IMG/VR virus record: IMGVR_UViG_3300032288_005212
Location: 42,085-106,084 of that record
Origin: an uncultured virus (IMG/VR IMGVR_UViG_3300032288_005212)
Lineage: Duplodnaviria; Heunggongvirae; Uroviricota; Caudoviricetes
Length of the DNA: 64,000 bases
Strand: one strand, 5' to 3'
The position numbers and the translations under genes were made by a program. Shown one piece after another: positions 46,402 to 55,061 of the stretch; position 1 is the first letter of the stretch, and every line of letters starts with the position of its first letter. Below the pieces are notes generated by a model, which made no database searches, was not told where the DNA came from, and worked only from the letters and a program-made list of their open reading frames with translations.

Positions 46402-47016
46402 ATGACGAGCGTACTTAATCTCTACGCTGGAGTAGGCGGAAATAGAAAGCTCTGGGAGGATGTGGACGTTGTAGCAGTTGAGTTAGATCCAAAGATCGCT
46501 GCGGTGTATGAGAAACTATATCCAAATGACTCAATGTTTGTAGAAGACGCTCACAAGCTACTTCCAGAAGTATACGATCAATTTGATTTTATTTGGAGTA
46601 GCCCTCCTTGCCAGTCTCATAGTAGAATGGCAAGGGCAAACTCTCGAACAGCTCCAAAGTATCCAGAAATGGATTTGTATCAACAAATTATCTTTCTAAA
46701 AACATACTTTAAGGGCGGCTGGATCGTAGAAAATGTAAAGCCATACTATACACCACTTATTCCACCTACAAAAATAATAGGACGACATTATTTCTGGGCA
46801 AACTTTGACTTCGAAGCTGAAGACATAGCTCGCCCAGATAATTTTATAAATAACGGTACTTTGAAAGGACGAGAAGCACTGCAAGACTGGTTAGATATTC
46901 ATTTTGAAGAAAAACTTTATTATGGAACTAATCATTGCCCTGCTCAGGTACTTCGAAATTGTGTACATCCTATTATAGGAAAGCAAATCTTTGATTTTTG
47001 GAAACAAACTAAATGA
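46402..47016 (+). CDS. Short C5-cytosine DNA methyltransferase
   Basis: LYAGVGG (motif I), SSPPCQSHS (IV), VENV (VI), RN.V (X). Confidence 0.85.
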   Translation: MTSVLNLYAGVGGNRKLWEDVDVVAVELDPKIAAVYEKLYPNDSMFVEDAHKLLPEVYDQFDFIWSSPPCQSHSRMARANSRTAPKYPEMDLYQQIIFLKTYFKGGWIVENVKPYYTPLIPPTKIIGRHYFWANFDFEAEDIARPDNFINNGTLKGREALQDWLDIHFEEKLYYGTNHCPAQVLRNCVHPIIGKQIFDFWKQTK

Positions 47017-47972
47017 GCCTACTTACAGAACGCGAATACTACAAACCCTTTAACTACCCGTGGGCTTTTGAGCACTATAAAACTCAACAGCATATGCATT
47101 GGCTGCCTGGTGAAGTAAATCTTGCAGACGATCTTCGTGACTATCGAGATAAGCTGAGTCCAGTGAATAAAAAACTTCTGAGTTCAATCTTTCGATTCTT
47201 TACTCAGGCTGATGTTGATGTTTGCTGCGGTTATGCTAAGCATTACCTTCCAACGTTTAAGCAACCAGAAGTGCGAATGATGCTTGCATCTTTTGCAGCA
47301 ATGGAAGCTGTCCATCAAGAAGCATATTCCCTTCTGCTTGAAACTCTCGGTTTTAGTGATGATGAATATGTAAAGTTTATGGAGCATAAAGCAATGCTCG
47401 ATAAGCACGAGTATCTTTCCAACTTTGGAATGGAAACAAAACTAGATATTGCTAAAACAATGGCAATTTATAGTGGATTTACGGAAGGTGTTCAGCTTTT
47501 TAGTAGCTTTGCTATTCTACTGAACTTTCCTCGCCATAATTTGATGAAAGGAATGGGGCAGATTGTAACGTGGAGTATTCGAGACGAGAGTCTTCATGTT
47601 GAAGGAATGTCTCAGTTGTTTCGCACATTTATTCAGGAGAACCCTGAACTGTGGACGGACGATCTGAAGTACGAAGTCTACTGTGCAGCAGAGCGTACAG
47701 TTGAGCTTGAAGATGCTTTTATTGATCTTTGCTTCGAAGGTGCGGAAGTTCCCGATCTTACTTCGGCTGAAGTAAAAGAATATATTCGCTATATTGCGGA
47801 TCGTCGACTTCTTGGACTAGGAATGAAGAAAATCTTTAAGAGCGATAAAAATCCCCTTCCTTGGATTGACTACATGGTAAATGCTGTTGAGCATACCAAC
47901 TTCTTTGAAAATCGTGCAACAGAATATGCTCGAGCCTCCACTACTGGAAATTGGCAAGACATATTTAAATAA
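47013..47972 (+). CDS. nrdB: Class I ribonucleotide reductase beta subunit
   Basis: FFTQAD, EAVH..AY, EG..LFSSF, DESLH, NFFE. Confidence 0.96.
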   Translation: MSLLTEREYYKPFNYPWAFEHYKTQQHMHWLPGEVNLADDLRDYRDKLSPVNKKLLSSIFRFFTQADVDVCCGYAKHYLPTFKQPEVRMMLASFAAMEAVHQEAYSLLLETLGFSDDEYVKFMEHKAMLDKHEYLSNFGMETKLDIAKTMAIYSGFTEGVQLFSSFAILLNFPRHNLMKGMGQIVTWSIRDESLHVEGMSQLFRTFIQENPELWTDDLKYEVYCAAERTVELEDAFIDLCFEGAEVPDLTSAEVKEYIRYIADRRLLGLGMKKIFKSDKNPLPWIDYMVNAVEHTNFFENRATEYARASTTGNWQDIFK

Positions 47973-47973
47973 G

Positions 47974-48000
47974 AGAAAGGGGCGTAAAGCCCCTTTTTTA
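47974..48000. terminator. Bidirectional terminator between the convergent early and late blocks
   Basis: AAAGGGGC-GTAAA-GCCCCTTTTTT. Confidence 0.9.
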
Positions 48001-48156
48001 TATCGTAATTTCCTCAACTTGGTCGAGTGTTACCGATATACTTTCATCGCTAAGTGTTACAGGTATTTCCTGCACCACTAATCTTTTTGAAGGTACGGTC
48101 GTATCTGATTTTTTAATTATAATTACAGTTGATTTTTTTACTAATATGTTCGCCAT
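47998..48156 (-). CDS. 52-aa ORF MANILVKKSTV... (not in track)
   Basis: Overlaps the fibre gene stop and ends at the terminator. Confidence 0.45.
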   Translation of the reverse strand: MANILVKKSTVIIIKKSDTTVPSKRLVVQEIPVTLSDESISVTLDQVEEITI

Positions 48157-51100
48157 GTTGTACCATTCCATATCTTAATTGGTTTTGTAACCCAAGCTGT
48201 ACCATTCCATACTTTGAGAGGCTTTAATACCCAAGCCGAACCTGTCCAAACTTTTATCAATCCTCTTGCGGTTGTAATATTTGTTAACTGTCCAGTTAGT
48301 GTATATGTAACTGTTGAAAGTGATAATTTTCTTCCGTACAGAATTTGTATTGAAGTAGAAACATAGCCAGGCTCTACATATCCACCTTCTACATATCCAG
48401 ATAGTTCGATTGCTTTTGTAGTCGCTGTCAGTACATATGTGCGACGGAAAGCTAGTGTTCCGCCAGTTAAATTGTACTGGGCAGTGTCGAGCGGTAATTT
48501 TTCTCCCCCAATTAAACTTGCATCATTTCTAGTGAGAGTATAGGCTCCAGTATCTGCAACGAGTCTCTTATTCGCTGACAGGTTTGCTGGTTGCAGATTT
48601 TCGTTATAAGTCTGTGTATCCGTAATAAGTCGACGATTTCTGAGCAAATTCGCGGACTGTAAATTTTCTGAGAAAGTTCCGGTTTCTGCAATTAATCTAC
48701 GATTTCTAAGTAGATTGGCTGGCTGTAAGTTTTCGTTATAAGTTTGGCTATCTAGACTTAATTTACGATCTACTCTTAAAACAGTATCATTTATCGTAAT
48801 AGTATAGGCGCGGCTATTTGCAATTATATTACCAGCACTTGCAAAGTTGAGTGCATTTCCTATCAGAGAATAGTTTTGAGTAGTCGCACTAAGGAAACGA
48901 GCTACTCGTAGGTTTGCGGGCTGAAGATTTTCATTGTAAGTTTGCGTGTCTGCGACAAGTCGACGGTTTCTAAGTACATTTGCTGGCTGTAGATTTTCGT
49001 TATAAGTCTGTGTATCTGCTACAAGGCGACGAGAAACTCTTAAATTCGCAGGCTGCAGATTTTCTGCAAAAGTTCCGCTTTCTGCTACTAATCTTTTTCC
49101 AGTATTAATATTTGCTGGCTGAAGATTTTCATTGTAAGTTTGAGTATCTGCAACTAATCTACTATTACGGAGTACATTTGCAGGCTGTAAATTTTCATTA
49201 TAAGTTTGAGTATCAGCTACTAATCTACGATTGCGTAGTATGTTAGCAGCTTTTAAATCATCATTGTAAGTCTGTACATCAGCTACTAATCTACGATTAC
49301 GCAGTATATTTGCTGACTGAAGATTTTCGTTATAAGTTTGAGATTCTGCTATTAATTTACGATTGCGTAGTATGTTAGCAGGCTGTAAATTTTCATTATA
49401 AGTTTGTACAGCGGCAAGTAATTTACGAGCTACAAAAAGATTTGCAGGTTGTAGATTTTCATTATAAGTCTGTACGTCAGCAACTATTCGACGTCCGCGA
49501 AGTAGGTTTGCTGGTTGTAAATTTTCGTTATAAGTCTGAGAGTCTGACGTTAATCTACGAGAAACTATTAAAGTTGCATCGTTTCGAGTAAGAGTGTAAC
49601 TACGAGTATCAGTTTTGAGTACGTTTGCAGATACAAAAGAAAGTACTTTTCCGCTTAAAGTATAAGTTTGAGTAGTTGCAATAACTACTCGACTATATTT
49701 AAATGTCGCGTCGTTTCGAGTAAGAATGAGAGCTCTCGTATCTGCGACTAATCTACGATTGCGTAGTATGTTTGCAGGTTGTAGATTTTCATTATAAGTT
49801 TGAGTATCTGCAACTAATCTACGATTTCTCAGTAGATTGGCTGGTTGTAAATTCTCGTTATAAGTCTGTGTATCAGCTACTAATCTACGGTTTCTCAGTA
49901 TATTCGCAGGTTGTAAATTCTCGTTATAAGTCTGTGTATCAGCTACTAATCTACGGTTTCTCAGTATATTCGCAGGTTGTAAATTCTCGTTATAAGTTTG
50001 AGTATCTGCTACTAATCTACGATTGCGTAGTATGTTTGCAGCTTTTAAATCTTCGTTATAAGTCTGTGTATCAGCTACTAATCTACGATTGCGTAGTATG
50101 TTCGCTGGCTGTAATGTCTCAGTATACGCTCGAGTATCAGCTACTAATCTACGGTTTCTCAGTAGATTGGCTGGTTGTAAATTCTCGTTATAAGTCTGTG
50201 TATCAGCTACTAATCTACGATTGCGTAGTATGTTCGCTGGCTGTAATGTCTCAGTATACGCTCGAGTATCAGCTACTAATCTACGGTTTCTCAGTAGATT
50301 GGCTGGCTGAAGATTTTCATTATAAGTTTGAGTTGTAGCTACTAATCTACGATTGCGTAGTATGTTCGCTGGCTGTAAATTAAGCGCAAAAGAACGAGAG
50401 TCAGCAACTAAGGTGCGACTCTGTGTTATTGTAGTATAAGTTAATTCCGCAGACCAAGTGCCCGCAGACCAAATATAATATTTAAATGTATCAGGACCAG
50501 CTGCACTTACAATACCAGTCGAGTTAATCGAAACTGGATATGAGTTTGTAACAGTGGTAGTTCTATAAAGTATTTGGTCTCCGACCTGTATGGCTGGAGA
50601 TTGCCCATTATAAATGCAAGTTGAAAGCGCCGCCTGAGAAATATCAGTTACGACATGAAGAGCATATCCTGCAGGTGCTTCAATTGTTATTTGCTTACTG
50701 GCAAGTATTCCAATTATTGTAGTAGGTGGGCCAGTAAGCGTAAAGGCTTGCGCTGTAATTGGAATATTTAATCCACGAAAGAAGAATAAATTTTGTCCTG
50801 CTACGGTAAAAGTGCCTTTTTCTGCGGTGAGCGTTTTTTGCGAAGAAGTTTTTGTTAAAGTAGCATCATTGCCAGTAAACGTATAAGCGCGAACATCCGC
50901 AGTTAGCTTTCTGTTATATTTTATCCCTATTGAATCTTCAACAATAGAATATGCTACAAAGTTATCCCCACGACTTGTATTTACATTAGTTCTATTGTAA
51001 TATATGCCAGGTTGACCAGTTGAATAAGTGTTATCAGTTACAGTATCTATTAATACATTATTTATGTACGCAGATATTTGATTACCTACTACTCTTAATG

Positions 51101-52934
51101 TTAAAGTATCCCCGACTACAGGAACTATCGGTACTGTGCCTATTATAGTACCATTAGTGCCATCTATTCGTAGTATTGCTCTACCGCCATCATTAAAACC
51201 ATCAATACTTAGTGCATACCCTCCAGAAGAAGTGAGCCTTACACCAGGCCCTATTCTATCACCTACGTTTAAAGCTGTAATTAATATTTCTGATTCATGA
51301 TTGTCTAAAAAGTCATAGACAGAAGTTGAAACCGCCGCATAACTTCTAGTGGAGCCGTCGGTTTCGTAAAATTCTCCATTAAAAATATCTATGTCATTTA
51401 ATAAATTTGTCCAGTTTCCAGAACTTACTGTTGCTAATTCTCCATTCGAATAATTAAACGTGTCACGATACTTTAACTGGTCCGATAGTCTAAATAGCCC
51501 TAGATTTCCAAATACTCTTCTTCCAACTTTTAAATTTACAGAATCAACTCCGACGGTATAGCCAACGAAGTTATCGCCTCTTGAGGCATTTATATTACCA
51601 CGATTATAATAAATTCCAGGTTGTCCAGTACTATAGGTATTATCTGTAACTGTTTCTATCAATATTCCATTTTTATAAGCAGAAATTTGATTCCCAACAG
51701 CACGAATTTTGAGAGTATCTCCATTAATTGGAGCAATTGTAAGAGTACCTATTTTTACACGAGTAGTGCCATCCAGCCTATAAATACTTCGTGATGGATC
51801 ATTTGTTCCATCAGCATGAATAATATAGGCCCCGGAAGCAGTCACTCTTACCGCAGGGCCAGGATAGTCTCCTGACCCTAGTAGACTAACCAATATCTCT
51901 GCTTCTTGATTGTCATGGAAATCATATGTTGAAGTATTTAATTCAGCATAGCTATTTGAGCCCAAACTTTCATAAAATCGTCCATTTAATATATCAATTG
52001 AGCCATTTCTATCTACCCAAACTCCTGAGCTTACTGTAGATAATACGCCGTTTGAGTAATCAAACGTATCGCGATACTTTAACTGATCTGACACCGTAAG
52101 TTGGCAGGTATTTCCATAAACATATCTACTACGCGATAAGTTTGCATCTCGTAGTGTCTCATTATACGTCTGTGTATCCGCCGTAAGAGTACGCTGTAGA
52201 GCAGCTTCTCGAATTCGAAGCAAAGCAAGCGGGCCACGAACGTTTGTAGTTGTTCCACCAGCAGTTGCCGTAATTGTTGGTGCAGCACTCGCTGTTCCAC
52301 TTGTTACAGAAGCGTATGCAGTAAAACCACCAATATCGTTTCCAGCATTACTGTCTGGCTCATTTAATTCTGTTGCAGTTGCAAAAACTGCACCAGTTGC
52401 GCTAATTACGTGTGCGGAAAACTGTGTTGGTGTGGTAACGTCAGTCGGAATAGACATAGCCCAAATCGCAAGATCTCCAGTTTGAAGACCTGGGTTTGCA
52501 GCAAGAGTTACTGAAACGTTTCCACCAGTAGTATCTTGTCCGTCAGAGGCACCATAAGAAATTGTTCCTCCACCCGTAGGAATTCGAACTATAAAGGCAA
52601 AAGATACATCATTTCCACCAAGTGTAACTGATAAAGTTCCGCTTTGGTTTGCAACTGGGCTATTCCAGCTATATATTCTTATATTTGTATCACCCTGATC
52701 CGCTGCAACTGGAGAGCCGGCTGCAGCATATCCGCCACCACCAATACGCTCCTCTTGAAGAGTCCAGCCAGTTGGGGTTGTAACCGTACCTCCACCATTA
52801 GTTGTAGGTTTTTGACCGACAAAAAGCAAAACGACATCAGTCGCTGCAATATTTGCAGGATATGCTGGTGCAACAGTCGTTCCTCCGGATGCGGAGTAAG
52901 CTGTTGCTGCTGCGACTGGTGTACCTAAAGCCAT
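48141..52934 (-). CDS. Large fibre/adhesin-like virion protein with two lectin-like domains and about 30 tandem 22-aa repeats
   Basis: Duplicated SDQLKYRDTF domains about 200 aa apart; RRLVADTQTYNENLQPANILRN repeats; three C-terminal KVWxGxxW units. Confidence 0.8.
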   Translation of the reverse strand: MALGTPVAAATAYSASGGTTVAPAYPANIAATDVVLLFVGQKPTTNGGGTVTTPTGWTLQEERIGGGGYAAAGSPVAADQGDTNIRIYSWNSPVANQSGTLSVTLGGNDVSFAFIVRIPTGGGTISYGASDGQDTTGGNVSVTLAANPGLQTGDLAIWAMSIPTDVTTPTQFSAHVISATGAVFATATELNEPDSNAGNDIGGFTAYASVTSGTASAAPTITATAGGTTTNVRGPLALLRIREAALQRTLTADTQTYNETLRDANLSRSRYVYGNTCQLTVSDQLKYRDTFDYSNGVLSTVSSGVWVDRNGSIDILNGRFYESLGSNSYAELNTSTYDFHDNQEAEILVSLLGSGDYPGPAVRVTASGAYIIHADGTNDPSRSIYRLDGTTRVKIGTLTIAPINGDTLKIRAVGNQISAYKNGILIETVTDNTYSTGQPGIYYNRGNINASRGDNFVGYTVGVDSVNLKVGRRVFGNLGLFRLSDQLKYRDTFNYSNGELATVSSGNWTNLLNDIDIFNGEFYETDGSTRSYAAVSTSVYDFLDNHESEILITALNVGDRIGPGVRLTSSGGYALSIDGFNDGGRAILRIDGTNGTIIGTVPIVPVVGDTLTLRVVGNQISAYINNVLIDTVTDNTYSTGQPGIYYNRTNVNTSRGDNFVAYSIVEDSIGIKYNRKLTADVRAYTFTGNDATLTKTSSQKTLTAEKGTFTVAGQNLFFFRGLNIPITAQAFTLTGPPTTIIGILASKQITIEAPAGYALHVVTDISQAALSTCIYNGQSPAIQVGDQILYRTTTVTNSYPVSINSTGIVSAAGPDTFKYYIWSAGTWSAELTYTTITQSRTLVADSRSFALNLQPANILRNRRLVATTQTYNENLQPANLLRNRRLVADTRAYTETLQPANILRNRRLVADTQTYNENLQPANLLRNRRLVADTRAYTETLQPANILRNRRLVADTQTYNEDLKAANILRNRRLVADTQTYNENLQPANILRNRRLVADTQTYNENLQPANILRNRRLVADTQTYNENLQPANLLRNRRLVADTQTYNENLQPANILRNRRLVADTRALILTRNDATFKYSRVVIATTQTYTLSGKVLSFVSANVLKTDTRSYTLTRNDATLIVSRRLTSDSQTYNENLQPANLLRGRRIVADVQTYNENLQPANLFVARKLLAAVQTYNENLQPANILRNRKLIAESQTYNENLQSANILRNRRLVADVQTYNDDLKAANILRNRRLVADTQTYNENLQPANVLRNSRLVADTQTYNENLQPANINTGKRLVAESGTFAENLQPANLRVSRRLVADTQTYNENLQPANVLRNRRLVADTQTYNENLQPANLRVARFLSATTQNYSLIGNALNFASAGNIIANSRAYTITINDTVLRVDRKLSLDSQTYNENLQPANLLRNRRLIAETGTFSENLQSANLLRNRRLITDTQTYNENLQPANLSANKRLVADTGAYTLTRNDASLIGGEKLPLDTAQYNLTGGTLAFRRTYVLTATTKAIELSGYVEGGYVEPGYVSTSIQILYGRKLSLSTVTYTLTGQLTNITTARGLIKVWTGSAWVLKPLKVWNGTAWVTKPIKIWNGTTWRTY
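48438..50417 (-). repeat. Coding tandem repeat, 66-bp unit, about 30 copies
   Basis: For example taagtctgtgtatcagctactaatctacg at 49861 and 49927. Confidence 0.92.
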
Positions 52935-52942
52935 CTCAACTC

Positions 52943-53545
52943 CTAGCTATATGGAGGCGTAATAGTCGCCTGTCCAAACTTATTTCTTTGATAGTAAAAG
53001 TCAACGCCAATTAAAAATGCAGGATCTGGAAATGTATCTTCAATGGAAGCACCGTCTCGAAAAATACGCATTAAAAATCTCATATTTGGTTCTGCTTGAT
53101 TTCCAGGAAATGGAGTACTGACAACTTGAAGATGCTTATACGCAACGCCATCCGCAGTTGCATTATAATATTCTGTAATTGGCGCAAAGAACGTACCATT
53201 TACAGTGGCTCCAATATAATCAATTCCCCAGCGTACTGTACCTGTTGCGGTGCTGTTGCCTGGAGACCAGTGAAAGGCCAAATAAAGATCCGTTCCAGTC
53301 GCCCAATCAAATGGAACATCCCAGTTTGTAAAACTTTCCATTGGTGCGTTTGACACATAAGAGTAGGCAACAAGATTTCCATAAAAAGGAGTTAATTCTG
53401 CGGGATTTCCAGAACCGTCACGAACAGAGGGTTCAAGACCGTCCATCATCCAAGCCGTATCTGTACGCCCTTTTAGATCGAGAAAGTTTCCATCAAGTTC
53501 CGCATATGTGAGAGCGGATCCTTTGCTTGCGCGTGTAATTATCAT
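52943..53545 (-). CDS. Virion fibre-associated protein
   Basis: N-terminal TRASKGSALTYAELDGNF motif typical of phage fibre proteins. Confidence 0.6.
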   Translation of the reverse strand: MIITRASKGSALTYAELDGNFLDLKGRTDTAWMMDGLEPSVRDGSGNPAELTPFYGNLVAYSYVSNAPMESFTNWDVPFDWATGTDLYLAFHWSPGNSTATGTVRWGIDYIGATVNGTFFAPITEYYNATADGVAYKHLQVVSTPFPGNQAEPNMRFLMRIFRDGASIEDTFPDPAFLIGVDFYYQRNKFGQATITPPYS

Positions 53546-54255
53546 ACTGCCCTCATTATATCAAACGAAACTGTTCCCAATGGCATTCCAGAGGAAAGAA
53601 AAGTTGAAAGATTTGGAATTGTAAATGTTGGAGAGACTGACGGACTGTAGGTCTGCATATTCAAAGTATAAGAAGATTTTCGAATTCTTGCAGATGTTCC
53701 GTTATTGAGATTGTAGCCAGAGACGGCTACTGCAGCTTGAGATGGAGATATTGAGTCATCTCCATCTACATTAATTATTTGATCTACGTTGCCAGTAAGC
53801 TCATTTGACCATGCGCCGAACGAATATGTACGATACTTAAAAGTTGCTGTTCCGTACGAACTTGTAATAAAGGTTCCATTCGAAAGACCAGTTACAATTT
53901 GACTATCAGTTGCAACTTTTTCCCACGTAATCTGCTCAATTGGGAAATTTGTAGTATCAATATAATCCCATCCAGTTTGAGGAGCGAGAGCAATTTCAAA
54001 CGTAGCTCTTGTATCAGTTTTTGTAAGAGTTGCGTTATTTCTTGTAAGGCTAAGATTTCGAGGCGCTAAATCAATTGCGTATGTTACAGGATCATTAATC
54101 GTAATCGAAAAAGCGCGAGTTTCAGCGGTTAATTTTCTTGTTGGTTTAAATGCAACAATTTTAAAATAATCAGACGCAAGAGTATTTACTAATGAATTAT
54201 CATTAGCAAGTAGAGATATTAATCTTCCACTAGTCTTACGATATCTGAATTTCAT
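53542..54255 (-). CDS. Putative virion protein with degenerate copies of the 22-aa repeat
   Basis: RKLTAETRAFSITIND and LSLTRNNATL match fibre repeat variants. Confidence 0.55.
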   Translation of the reverse strand: MKFRYRKTSGRLISLLANDNSLVNTLASDYFKIVAFKPTRKLTAETRAFSITINDPVTYAIDLAPRNLSLTRNNATLTKTDTRATFEIALAPQTGWDYIDTTNFPIEQITWEKVATDSQIVTGLSNGTFITSSYGTATFKYRTYSFGAWSNELTGNVDQIINVDGDDSISPSQAAVAVSGYNLNNGTSARIRKSSYTLNMQTYSPSVSPTFTIPNLSTFLSSGMPLGTVSFDIMRAV

Positions 54256-55061
54256 CCGTTAATTATATCAAATTCGAGATAAGGAGTTCCCGAAGACGTG
54301 CCATCTGGCTGTGATACCATCCAAAGAGCAGAATCAGCATAAATTTGTGGTGCGCCCATAATATCCCAACCTTGGGTATCTTGAGCATTTGCAACTCGAA
54401 TATCAAATCGTGCAAGTCGGCGAGCAATAATAATATTAAATGCTCCAGCAGATGCAACTGTACCGCCTACGGTTACAGATTCAATTTTTTGTACTCCACG
54501 ATCTCCCGCAGCAAGTGGAAGAGCAATAATTCTTGGAGTTGTAAATCCGTTTACTGATTGGGCGACTGGAACACTTCGACCAGTTGTTCCAGCTTCATTT
54601 GTATATGTTGCAGTGATTGTAGTTGCAGTTGCGGAAACAGTAGTCGTAAGTTCAATTAAAATTTCTACAAGCTCATAATCTGTTGCTGGAAGCCGGGCGG
54701 CAATTGAAGGCTGAGAAGAAAATGTAGTCGTTGCGAGAGTTGTAAGCGAGATTGCACCTGCACCCCAAATACGATCATATAGAATCATTCCTCCAGCCCT
54801 ATCATTAGAGAATTTCCCATTTGCAAGATAACCAGTTGCTCCGCCACCAAAAGCATTAATAGTTGGGCAACCAGCAGTTGCATCGGTAAATAATACACCT
54901 GTTGTGGTGTTGCCAACTGCAAGAGTACCTGCACCAGGGTTTCCGTTTGCTGCAAATAAGCTAAAAGGCTGAGCGGCAACAGTAGTCACCGTACCGGTTT
55001 TTAGCATTAATACTCTTTGTTTTGAGGCTGCAAACCATCCGTCAACTGAACTAATCGCCAT
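54252..55061 (-). CDS. Putative virion structural protein (beta-rich)
   Basis: LYDRIW, TYTN.AGT.GR, PL.AGD.GV..I.S; in the late operon. Confidence 0.6.
   Translation of the reverse strand: MAISSVDGWFAASKQRVLMLKTGTVTTVAAQPFSLFAANGNPGAGTLAVGNTTTGVLFTDATAGCPTINAFGGGATGYLANGKFSNDRAGGMILYDRIWGAGAISLTTLATTTFSSQPSIAARLPATDYELVEILIELTTTVSATATTITATYTNEAGTTGRSVPVAQSVNGFTTPRIIALPLAAGDRGVQKIESVTVGGTVASAGAFNIIIARRLARFDIRVANAQDTQGWDIMGAPQIYADSALWMVSQPDGTSSGTPYLEFDIING

Noticed and set aside
49772-50338. 188-aa plus-strand repetitive ORF
   Set aside because: Antisense shadow of the fibre repeats; no SD or promoter
48438-50417. 66-bp repeats as a CRISPR array
   Set aside because: Units are contiguous, in-frame and coding, with no unique spacers and no cas genes
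50945-52092. Duplicated lectin-like domains as a DGR template/variable repeat pair
   Set aside because: Both copies are in-frame and diverged at all base types; no reverse transcriptase in the window
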